This document shows, piece by piece, positions 19,114 through 28,011 of a DNA stretch of 63,638 nt (position 1 is its first letter; each line of letters starts with the position of its first letter). Origin of the DNA: Euryarchaeota archaeon UBA443 (lineage in GTDB: Archaea; Thermoplasmatota; Poseidoniia; Poseidoniales; Poseidoniaceae); the NCBI GenBank assembly GCA_002499195.1, contig DAKS01000047.1, positions 1 to 63,638 of the forward strand, given 5' to 3'. Below the pieces are notes generated by a model. It had not been told where the DNA came from. It saw only the letters and a list, made by a program, of their open reading frames with translations, and searched no databases. The position numbers were made by a program, and so were the translations under genes.

Positions 19114-19569
19114 ATGCCAGAACCCCCGATGGTACTCCCAGCCACTGAACTCAAGATTGTGAGCGATAAAATCAGCGAAACAATCCAGATTGGTGGCTCC
19201 GTTCGGTCCTTACTCGGAGACCACTCTGATCACGGTAGATTCGATCTTAATTGGGAAGTAGATGCTGCTGTTGAAGCACTCAATGTCTTTGGTTCACGAT
19301 GGACTATTGAAATTCTCTCTACATTATACATTGCAGGAGATCGCCGATTCAATGAAATGAAACATCTTCTCAAAGGCATTTCTTCTCGAACACTCTCGGA
19401 TAAACTCCGTTATCTTGCAGAAGAAGGCTTGGTCGAGCGGCTTGTTACCGATGGACCTCCTGTTCGCGTGACATATCGGCTATCCAGCCACGGTATGACA
19501 TGTGGACGCCTTCTCTCACCTTTGGTTGCCTTCATGAAAATCCATCAGGGCTCAATCGTTGGCGCTTAG
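19114..19569 (+). CDS. HxlR-family winged-helix regulator
   Basis: GSRWTIEIL, RRFNEMK..LKGISSRTLSDKLR, PPVRVTYRLS. Confidence 0.88.
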   Translation: MPEPPMVLPATELKIVSDKISETIQIGGSVRSLLGDHSDHGRFDLNWEVDAAVEALNVFGSRWTIEILSTLYIAGDRRFNEMKHLLKGISSRTLSDKLRYLAEEGLVERLVTDGPPVRVTYRLSSHGMTCGRLLSPLVAFMKIHQGSIVGA

Positions 19570-19616
19570 ATGCGTCAATACGATGCATTAAGATACCAAG
19601 AGGTTATCCTCAACCT

Positions 19617-20279
19617 ATGGCACTTCTTGCACAGTGGACTCGTCAGCGACCTTGGTTGGCTGCGGGAATTGCTGGTATAGCAGGAGGATTTGCAGGCATT
19701 GCACACGGTATTGCAGCTATGGCATCGACTGCATTTGCATTTGGAAGTATTTCGACCAAACGTCAATCAAGTGAACATCCATTCCGATCGCGTATCCTAC
19801 GTACGCTTGAACGGCATCCAGGATTGTGTTATCGTGAACTTCAAAATGAGTTGAGTGCAGCAAATGGAACGCTTCGTCATCACTTGGATGTCATGAAAAA
19901 CCACGGCAACATCACAGTCATGCCTGTTAATGGCCGAACATGTTACTTTGCCGGTGGCCCTTCACAGGTCGAACTATTGCAGTCGGTTTCAAGCGATCAG
20001 CAACGTATAGCATCAAGTCTCCCCATTGGCCTCTCCACTGTCCAAAAACAAGTTATCGATGACATTCTTGATGAGGGCATCCCTCGTTCCCAGGCCCAAC
20101 TCGCCCGACGTATTGGACGTACGCGTGCAAGCGTTCACTCAGCAGTAAAGGTCTTGCGTCGACGTGGAATTCTACGACAAGACGTTCTGAATCTTGCATC
20201 CCATATCCAAATCGATATTTTTCGACGAACAGATCGATTGACCTATCAATGGAATGATGGTCGCCGAGTTCAGGCTTAA
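19617..20279 (+). CDS. Double winged-helix regulator with N-terminal hydrophobic segment
   Basis: Ala/Gly-rich hydrophobic stretch, then ILRTLERHPG..ELQNEL..GTLRHHL and SQAQLARRIG..VHSAVKVL. Confidence 0.7.
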   Translation: MALLAQWTRQRPWLAAGIAGIAGGFAGIAHGIAAMASTAFAFGSISTKRQSSEHPFRSRILRTLERHPGLCYRELQNELSAANGTLRHHLDVMKNHGNITVMPVNGRTCYFAGGPSQVELLQSVSSDQQRIASSLPIGLSTVQKQVIDDILDEGIPRSQAQLARRIGRTRASVHSAVKVLRRRGILRQDVLNLASHIQIDIFRRTDRLTYQWNDGRRVQA

Positions 20280-20343
20280 TTTTCGCTTTCTGAAAAGCAA
20301 TTGTTGCATAGCCTTCAAAGACCATCGCCAAGTGTAGTTTGTC

Positions 20344-21456
20344 ATGCTTAATGTCAAATTGGAAGAACTTCCGATGCCGACTACGGATCGTTCGGTTGAT
20401 CGATTGGTCGGATGGTTTGTCGAGTCGTTTTGTTTTGTACGTCGAAAAGGCGATGCAACTGCAGATTATGGAGCAGCATCACCCATTCACCGTATGTTAC
20501 GCGATTATTTCTTCTCGGCTCCAAACAAATCCTGGGATGCACAAGCATTGTCGGATGAACTTGCGATGACACCCGCTGCCCTGAATCATCATCTTTCCCG
20601 ACTCAGTCAATCTGGTTTGCTTTCCTATACGAACGAAGGAAAGGGATGGAGAACCTACATTCTTAGAGGAGGGGGTTTATCGCAAGCCCTAGAATTGTGC
20701 TTTGCTCAGTATCGGTTAATTCTTGAACAGAAAATGGATCGGATTGAATCAGATTGGAACCGTGAAGGATTAACACTTGAAAATGAAATCGCTGAAGATT
20801 CACCTCTTCCACTGAACCTCAGCATAATCGATTACCGCAGCGCACAAGAAGGCGCATCTGAATTGACTCAATGGATGTCTGATTTCGGATTGCTTGGCGA
20901 TCGTCCCGGTAATGAAATTCTTAGCGCTTCTATTTCCGAGCAACTGTTTACTCTCCTACTCAATTCAGGAAACCCCATTTCATTGGATGATGCCCATGAA
21001 CAGTTTGGAGGACAAAAGGCTCGACTTGGCCGAATCCTTGAACGATTTCGGGCATGTGGTTTGGTTGAACGAATTCCGCGAACGGATAGACTCGTTTCTG
21101 CACTCTGGTCTGCGATGGTTACACAACATCAGCGACGTGGTGAAGATTGGTTGCTCAAGAAAGGCGGTTTCATGCGACTCATTCCCGAAAAGAGCCACAA
21201 TTCATTGCTTCAGCCTCTTAGCAAAGGCAAACTTACTATCGAAGTAGTTCAGGATACTATGCAAAACATCAGTGCTTCAGATCAAATGCTCTTGCTCAAT
21301 CTTTTGGGAGGCAGATTGCCACTTGGTTACCGATTGATTGGTTCATCACTTGCAGATTCAAAGCAAAACATCACTACCCGATTTGACCGATTGTTGCGGA
21401 GAATTCGCCGAGTCGGTGCGATGATTGAAGAGGTCTTGACCGCGGGCGATGAATGA
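20344..21456 (+). CDS. Hypothetical protein with two wHTH-like segments
   Basis: DAQALSDEL..PAALNHHLSRL..SGLL and SLDDAHEQFG..LGRILERFRACGLV. Confidence 0.65.
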   Translation: MLNVKLEELPMPTTDRSVDRLVGWFVESFCFVRRKGDATADYGAASPIHRMLRDYFFSAPNKSWDAQALSDELAMTPAALNHHLSRLSQSGLLSYTNEGKGWRTYILRGGGLSQALELCFAQYRLILEQKMDRIESDWNREGLTLENEIAEDSPLPLNLSIIDYRSAQEGASELTQWMSDFGLLGDRPGNEILSASISEQLFTLLLNSGNPISLDDAHEQFGGQKARLGRILERFRACGLVERIPRTDRLVSALWSAMVTQHQRRGEDWLLKKGGFMRLIPEKSHNSLLQPLSKGKLTIEVVQDTMQNISASDQMLLLNLLGGRLPLGYRLIGSSLADSKQNITTRFDRLLRRIRRVGAMIEEVLTAGDE

Positions 21457-22490
21457 TGAGTGACGTTGGGTTTGACACCTACGAGGCGTGGTCGGGTGAA
21501 CAACGACCACTCTATCTCGCTCCGATGGCAGGCGTTTCAGACCTTCCATATCGTTTGCTAGCGAAAGAATGTGGTGCTGATATCACCATTACTGAATTTA
21601 CAAACAGTACGGCATTAAGTCGCGAAGCTACTGCTTCATGGAGAAAAATGGAGTCCGATCCTAGAGAACAACCGTTTATTCCCCAGATCTTTGGTGGTGA
21701 AATGGATGATATGGTCAAGGCAGCAATTATGCTGCAAGAATCAGCCGATGTTATCGACTTGAACTTTGGATGTCCTGCTCCTAAGGTGACCAATATTTGC
21801 GCCGGAGCTGCATTGATGGGTGAACCGCAGAAACTCGTTTCAATGGTCGAAAACATCGTTGATGCTGTTGATATTCCTGTTACTGCAAAAATGCGGCTCG
21901 GTACTGGTCAAGGTCCAAACAATGCGGTCAATATCTGTCAATCGCTCGAGAATGTAGGTGCACAACGATTGTGTATCCATGGGCGGACTCTTCGTCAGCG
22001 ATACTCTGGAATCGCTGATTGGGAAACCATACGAACTGCCGTTAATTCTGTTGATATTCCTGTTGTCGCTAACGGCGACATTACAGACGCACAGAGCGCA
22101 CAACGATGTTTGGAGTTGACCAATGCTTCAGGGCTGATGATCGGTCGTGCTGCGATTGGACGCCCTGATGTTTTTGCTCAAATCAAGGTCGGTCTTGGAT
22201 GGATGGAAGAAGAAGAGTTGCCTTGGGTTCAACAATGCGATAGTGAATGGAATGAGTTGTCCGAAACTTCGCAAGCATTTGCATCACGGCGATGGTGTTG
22301 GAATCGATATGTAGAATTGTGTCGAGAGACGACTGGACTCGCTAAGCAAACAATGCAACGTCACGCTATTGCTTTCTCAAAGGGACTGCCTGGAGCAAAA
22401 TCAGTTCGAACACTAATGCATGAACTTGCAGATGTAAATGAATCCGCTCAGGCGATTTCAGATTTCTTGAAACCAATCTCAGAAAGTTGA
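21453..22490 (+). CDS. dus: tRNA-dihydrouridine synthase
   Basis: LAPMAGVSD, IDLNFGCP, GAALM, HGRT, VANGDI, GLMIGR. Confidence 0.93.
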   Translation: MMSDVGFDTYEAWSGEQRPLYLAPMAGVSDLPYRLLAKECGADITITEFTNSTALSREATASWRKMESDPREQPFIPQIFGGEMDDMVKAAIMLQESADVIDLNFGCPAPKVTNICAGAALMGEPQKLVSMVENIVDAVDIPVTAKMRLGTGQGPNNAVNICQSLENVGAQRLCIHGRTLRQRYSGIADWETIRTAVNSVDIPVVANGDITDAQSAQRCLELTNASGLMIGRAAIGRPDVFAQIKVGLGWMEEEELPWVQQCDSEWNELSETSQAFASRRWCWNRYVELCRETTGLAKQTMQRHAIAFSKGLPGAKSVRTLMHELADVNESAQAISDFLKPISES

Positions 22491-23087
22491 CTTCCACTCT
22501 TCAAGGTCATTGGCTTCTGCCCATGCCTCGTCAGTGGTTTCGCCACGCAATTTGAGAACTTCTCGGGAGAGTAGCCAATAGATGAGAGCGAGAGAATGTC
22601 GGCTCTTGTTGTTCGCAGGAAGTGCAACATCGACGTTTCGCAACTTGTTGTTCGCATCTACAAGACCAACGATTGGCAAACCTGTGTTAACAGCTTCTCG
22701 AAGAGATTGTTGATCGGATGCTGGATCTGTAACGAACAAGATGTCTGGCTCTTTGTAGGAGCGGAGAGACGGGTTTGTCAGACTTCCTGGGATGAATCGG
22801 CCGACCGCGGATAAAGCACCAATGGCTTCAGCAAACATTCGAGCAGGTCGTTGTCCGTATTGTCGAGCGGAAACAACCATGATTTGCGATGGTTCGTATT
22901 GGTTCAAAAATGAGGCAATAATCCGTAGCCGGTTATCGGTTTGGTTGATATTGAGTAGGTATAGACCATCGGAATTGACTGTGTCGATGAATCGAAGCAT
23001 GTCTGCACTTTTCTGCTTTGTTCCAATGTTCACACCGGATTCTTCGTAGAGTTCAAGTGGAATCAGAAGTCCTGTTTCTTCAGACAT
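22479..23087 (-). CDS. rps2: 30S ribosomal protein S2 (uS2)
   Basis: GVNIGTKQK, GRFIPGSLTNP, DP..D.Q...EA, PANNK. Confidence 0.95.
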   Translation of the reverse strand: MSEETGLLIPLELYEESGVNIGTKQKSADMLRFIDTVNSDGLYLLNINQTDNRLRIIASFLNQYEPSQIMVVSARQYGQRPARMFAEAIGALSAVGRFIPGSLTNPSLRSYKEPDILFVTDPASDQQSLREAVNTGLPIVGLVDANNKLRNVDVALPANNKSRHSLALIYWLLSREVLKLRGETTDEAWAEANDLEEWKSTF

Positions 23088-23188
23088 AGTAGTGCCTCAG
23101 CAAGCAACCGACCTAAACCCTCTTCTTAACCGCTTCGCATCATCTCCAAACTACGTTTTTGATGTAAGAAGGCGAAGATGTCAAATCT

Positions 23189-24379
23189 ATGTGGGTTAAA
23201 GATGAAATTATGGGAGCCTCTTTTGCCGATGCAAAAATAGGTCCTGACGGTTATTACAACACTGATATTGGAACGCCATTACCCGTTAGTGCCAGCGATC
23301 TGGAGCGCTTCATGTACTGTCCACTCTCATGGCAACTTGCGAAAGAAGGGGCATCTGGAGTTGGTGAAGCCGTTGAAGAAGGCGTTGAAAAGCACAAAGA
23401 AATCCATAATGAAATGAGTGATTTTCAAGAGGCTTTGATTCGCATGCGTCGTTCACTTCTCATTTGGTCATGGTGGTACGGCATCATCCTAGCCTTTGTC
23501 ATCGATGCGATTGCGTTCGTCTATATCGATGATGTAATGAATTCGCCAATTGAATTCGCAAAGGTCCTATCGATGTGGTCTGTTTCATGTCTTATTGCTG
23601 GAATTCTTTCAATCACCCTACCTTGGCGTAGTTGGCTTGATTTTGAACACGATATGAAGGAAATTCGTGAGGTGAAAAAACGGTTTGCATCGATTGGCTT
23701 GGAACCAACTTGGAGCCCAATTGGTTTCCTCGGAGGATGGTTTTCGGCAGGTAAAACCGAAGCAAGTTTGCTACTCGCTACAATCGTTATCGGAACCCAT
23801 TCCATCGCACTCGTCGCTGCTGAGGATCGAAGTCAAGCTGGATTTATTCTCATCGTCGTCGCCTTCATTTGGACATTTTTAGCAACATGGCAACTACAAC
23901 GCTCGCTCAAAGCAGAAAGCCAAATGATTGCCAGTCGGAAGAAGGTCGGATTTGAGGAAGGGACTGAATTGATTTATTCAGACAAGGACAATACCAGTAA
24001 TCTTCTGATCGATGATGTTTCAGGGCTTCGAGGAAGACCCGATCAAATCGTCATCATTGAAGGTGAATTCATCCCTGTGGAGCAAAAGACAGGACGAATT
24101 CCTAAGAAACCACATCAGTCTCATCGACTACAGCTTCTGGCATACATCTCATTAGTTGAAACGAGTACAGGTAAATCACCGCCATACGGTGTGCTTCGTT
24201 ATGGTGAGGACGATGTCCACCAAGTCTTCTGGGACCAACATGCCAAAGAACATCTTCGAGAGAGCATCGTCGAAGTTCAACGATTGATGGTCGAAGGCGA
24301 TGCGAAGCGAAATCACGAACGTGAAGGAAAGTGTCGAAATTGTAGCAGACGATATGCTTGCAATGAATCGCTTGTCTAA
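23189..24379 (+). CDS. Solo Cas4-like PD-(D/E)XK nuclease with internal TM helices
   Basis: SASDL..FMYCP; GRPD, VEQKTG, QLLAY; C-terminal CRNC..RYAC; four hydrophobic segments in between. Confidence 0.82.
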   Translation: MWVKDEIMGASFADAKIGPDGYYNTDIGTPLPVSASDLERFMYCPLSWQLAKEGASGVGEAVEEGVEKHKEIHNEMSDFQEALIRMRRSLLIWSWWYGIILAFVIDAIAFVYIDDVMNSPIEFAKVLSMWSVSCLIAGILSITLPWRSWLDFEHDMKEIREVKKRFASIGLEPTWSPIGFLGGWFSAGKTEASLLLATIVIGTHSIALVAAEDRSQAGFILIVVAFIWTFLATWQLQRSLKAESQMIASRKKVGFEEGTELIYSDKDNTSNLLIDDVSGLRGRPDQIVIIEGEFIPVEQKTGRIPKKPHQSHRLQLLAYISLVETSTGKSPPYGVLRYGEDDVHQVFWDQHAKEHLRESIVEVQRLMVEGDAKRNHEREGKCRNCSRRYACNESLV

Positions 24380-24927
24380 TCGACAATGCAAACGTCATCT
24401 TGAGGATAAATAGTACACGTGCGTGTTACATCAACGCTCAAAATAAAACTGTCTTGCTCCTCAAGGATTCCTGCTCCGGTTCCGACAATATTGATGTTCC
24501 ATTCACCAGAAATAAATTTACCATCTGATTCTGGATCAATCAATACGTAAGGGGCTGTTTTTGTCGTGTCGTGTGTGGCGTTGTACTTGATTTCTCCAGT
24601 TGCATCTGTAATGGTCACTTCAACTTCGCGAATATCAAAAATTTGAGGGAATTGATTGCGAAAATCACTCAAGAGAAAATCAGTTTTGAAATAAACACCA
24701 ATCTTAGCAACTTCAGAGTCGACTGTGAATTTTTCATTCCACTCTTCTTCGATTTCCCCACCGGAAAAGGAATACTCAATCAGGGTTGTTTCAATGGACG
24801 TATCTTGCTTAACATCACCACGCAGGTACTCCATGTACTCTCTTCCCTGAAGAAGACCAATACAACCAGATGTCGATAGAAGCAGCATCGAGAGGGCCAC
24901 GAAGACCGTCAACATCCGCTGCTGCAT
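24376..24927 (-). CDS. Hypothetical lipoprotein
   Basis: Lipobox-like LLSTSGC after a hydrophobic signal; beta-rich mature part. Confidence 0.6.
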   Translation of the reverse strand: MQQRMLTVFVALSMLLLSTSGCIGLLQGREYMEYLRGDVKQDTSIETTLIEYSFSGGEIEEEWNEKFTVDSEVAKIGVYFKTDFLLSDFRNQFPQIFDIREVEVTITDATGEIKYNATHDTTKTAPYVLIDPESDGKFISGEWNINIVGTGAGILEEQDSFILSVDVTRTCTIYPQDDVCIVD

Positions 24928-25075
24928 GGTTATGGCCAATCGACTCAACAATATGAAAATCACCCCGTCACGGGGAAGCGTTCAAACGAATGATGTGTTT
25001 CAAGCAAAATGCCTGAATGACGCAATGATGACTCCGAGCGCAAGCGATGACGAACCCTATGAGTGCTGACAGGCA

Positions 25076-27895
25076 TCACTCGAATTTAGCACCACATGTA
25101 GGACATTCTTTCGCATCGGCCGGAATAACTGCACCACATGCGCCACAATCCGCTGTTTCAACATCAGATTCTTGCTTACGACGTGCTCGGCGACGAGGTT
25201 TTGCGTTCGTGGTCTTGTCACCATCTTCAACGGTAAGTGGCAATTCGGAATCATCTTCGAAAGCAAAGTCAGCACTCGCTTCTGTAATCTCATTTCCTGC
25301 AAGTGAACTGTCTGTGATGCCCATTCCGACAACAACCTTCTCTCCAGGCATGACACCTTCTTCACCTGTCAATTCGTAGAGATCGCCACGAATTTCTGCA
25401 TCGCTTGCAGAAAGTGTCGTCCAAGCGGCTCCATCTTTATCTTCACCATCATCCTTGAGCGATTTCATCTTGTCCTTAGTCGGTAAGAAAGCATCCAAGT
25501 CATGACCTTCAAACGATTCAGCGACCGTCTTTAATGTGGTAACGACTTGATTTTGCATCTCTTCAATCTCTTCTTCGGTCATATCTTCCATCGCAATTTC
25601 ATCCGCGTTTCGTAAATCATAAGCAGCTGTAACTTCTTGTTCAGCAGCAACAACGTTCTCATCCCATTCTTCCTCAAGATTCGCTTCATCGTAACCGAAT
25701 TCCTTCACTGCATCAGCAAAGTCTTCCGAACCACTAACGATTTCATTTTCATCTTCCTCGGGTAAAGAGATCAGTTCTTTCTCTTCTGGAACCTCGCGAA
25801 CACGTCGTTCTCGACGCTCGAAGAAGGAGGATACATCTTGTTCTGCACCACAATATGCACAATTCTCCATCAGGTCTGGAATGGATTCTCCACACTCATG
25901 ACATTCGTGGAATTGCGAACGAGCCTTACGTAGATTAAACGAACAATGCGGACACCGGTTTTCATCACCTTCAAGTTCTCCATCACAAGCCGGACAATAG
26001 TTGAAGATGTCACGTTCGACTTCCTCTTCTCGCTCTCGAGTGAGTATAACAGCACCGATGAGCACACCGATTAAAGCAAGAGCGCCGAAGAACATAAGCA
26101 GCGCAGTCCCTGTTCCATCGTTGTCACCGCCGCTCGCACCACTACCGTCAACAAATGCAGTAGAGAAGGAACGTTCGTAGGCATTTACTACCATTACATC
26201 AGATGGAACCAATTGAACGATCGACATCTTTCCTGAAGCTGTGAATGTGCATGAAACCTCCGCACGATCACCTGGATTTTCGATGCTCACGTCAATCGAA
26301 TCCCATGTGTTTTGGTTGTTTTTACATGTAAATGTCAGATCACCCGTGCCGCGAGTCGATTTAACATCTAGAGACATGGTGTATTTTTCGCCTGATTCAA
26401 GAGGGAAGGTCGCTACTTCTCCGCCCTCATCAACCAGTACCATTGAATCACCATCCCAACTTAGTTGCAGATTCGCTTCTACCTCCACCACGCCTGTTGC
26501 AACACTATTTGTGGGAACACGGTCATAGGAGCCTGTCGACGCCTTCCATTGTACATTAATCTCCGCTGTGTGTTGACCCAATACAGTACCATGGGATGTC
26601 GTATACGTGTAAACTTGTCCAGGATTAAGAGGGATTAGAGCCGACTCAAAGGTTTGTCCTTCCCAAGTGTAAAGGAAGGTACCTGAAACAGCTACATCGC
26701 CAGTATTTGTTGCCGTCATCGACCAATCAACGAACTCTCCTGCTGCTACAGTCGAGCGGTTCGCAAGAGCCAATGGATCGACGAAAACATCAGGAATCTC
26801 TGGGAGACTAAAGGTCGCAATGAGTTCATCATTATCTGTACTCTCTTGAGTAAATGATCCTGTCCCAAATGGATCGATGACCGCTGCAAGTGTGTACTGA
26901 CCTGTTGCCATTCCAGCAATGTCAGTACTGATAATGGTTGTAGTCCATTGTTGAGTACTGTACCCTGTTCCAGAAATCTGCACATCGAACGAGTTCAAGG
27001 AACGTACCAAAGAAGCACCTTCTCTGAATTCCAGTACCATAGGAACCGTTGTTGTTCCATCACCAGCCTCACGAGCTAGGACACCAGAAACAGTCCAGGG
27101 GCCGATCAATGATCCTTGTGTGGCGGTAATGGTCAAGTCCCCATCGTGCGACAAATCCATTCGAGGTTCGACGATAAGATCGATTGACAAGTTTTTACCT
27201 TGTTCCGAGGACTCCTGAATTACGTCCTGGCTATCCGGTGTAAGTTCGATTTGATACGATCCTGTTGATGGAGCAACAAAGGTGGTGTTTACCCAAGTTT
27301 CTGAGCCAGCAGTAATGGCATCAGTTGCAAGTTCGACGTCGCTCATAGAACCCGGGAAGCGAATTTCGAGGTGCGATGCAGGAGCATCTACGCTTCCAAT
27401 GTTGGCAATCTTTGTATTGAGTTCTACAGTATCACCTGAGTGAATCCCTGATGAAGGTGTCATGGTCGATTCAACGATGTGCAAATTTGAAAGCCCTTCA
27501 ACTGTGAAGGAATGGTAGAATGCATGCTCTGGGCCGTTATTGTAGGAGTAAGTTACCCAGAGTTTGTTTTCACCCTCTGCTAAACCATTCCAAGTTGCAG
27601 AAACCGTTTCAAAGTCACCTGCAGCAATGTCTACTGTTGACATCCAGAGACGAGTGCTTGGTGAAATTGCGTTTGCATAGAACGAATAATCAACGTTTGC
27701 AGCAAGTTGCGAATTTGTATTTTGAAGTGTTAACGAACCCGTGATTGAACCGCCTTCAGTTGGACTTGCAGGGAGAATGCTCAGGGTCTGTTCAGAAGCC
27801 TCCACACCATTGCTATCATACGAACTTGCTGGGACAACTGCGATAGATGTCAACATCAGGAGAACACAACAGATTGCGTATGCGCCTCTCGCCAT
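25076..27895 (-). CDS. CARDB/Ig-like surface protein with TM and cytoplasmic zinc ribbons
   Basis: Signal peptide; CARDB-like NIGSVDA, LTPD..DVIQESSE; TM; CPAC..CPHC, CHEC..CAYC, CGAC..CPTC; acidic linker. Confidence 0.75.
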   Translation of the reverse strand: MARGAYAICCVLLMLTSIAVVPASSYDSNGVEASEQTLSILPASPTEGGSITGSLTLQNTNSQLAANVDYSFYANAISPSTRLWMSTVDIAAGDFETVSATWNGLAEGENKLWVTYSYNNGPEHAFYHSFTVEGLSNLHIVESTMTPSSGIHSGDTVELNTKIANIGSVDAPASHLEIRFPGSMSDVELATDAITAGSETWVNTTFVAPSTGSYQIELTPDSQDVIQESSEQGKNLSIDLIVEPRMDLSHDGDLTITATQGSLIGPWTVSGVLAREAGDGTTTVPMVLEFREGASLVRSLNSFDVQISGTGYSTQQWTTTIISTDIAGMATGQYTLAAVIDPFGTGSFTQESTDNDELIATFSLPEIPDVFVDPLALANRSTVAAGEFVDWSMTATNTGDVAVSGTFLYTWEGQTFESALIPLNPGQVYTYTTSHGTVLGQHTAEINVQWKASTGSYDRVPTNSVATGVVEVEANLQLSWDGDSMVLVDEGGEVATFPLESGEKYTMSLDVKSTRGTGDLTFTCKNNQNTWDSIDVSIENPGDRAEVSCTFTASGKMSIVQLVPSDVMVVNAYERSFSTAFVDGSGASGGDNDGTGTALLMFFGALALIGVLIGAVILTREREEEVERDIFNYCPACDGELEGDENRCPHCSFNLRKARSQFHECHECGESIPDLMENCAYCGAEQDVSSFFERRERRVREVPEEKELISLPEEDENEIVSGSEDFADAVKEFGYDEANLEEEWDENVVAAEQEVTAAYDLRNADEIAMEDMTEEEIEEMQNQVVTTLKTVAESFEGHDLDAFLPTKDKMKSLKDDGEDKDGAAWTTLSASDAEIRGDLYELTGEEGVMPGEKVVVGMGITDSSLAGNEITEASADFAFEDDSELPLTVEDGDKTTNAKPRRRARRKQESDVETADCGACGAVIPADAKECPTCGAKFE

Positions 27896-28011
27896 GTTAA
27901 TTCGACGACATGCAAAGCACTTGAACCCATCTGGTCAGAACTCCATAAGACTAGGTTAATTCTCACAGAAGAAGGGGAGATTTGAAGGATGGTTGCATTC
28001 CTAAGCAAAGC

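Noticed and set aside
23189-24379. CRISPR-Cas locus suggested by the Cas4-like gene
   Set aside because: No repeat-spacer array, cas1, cas2 or effector gene anywhere in the window
24963-24975. CCCCG-TCA-CGGGG mini-hairpin upstream of the lipoprotein gene
   Set aside because: Only a 5-bp stem with no U-tract and no second copy noticed; could be chance
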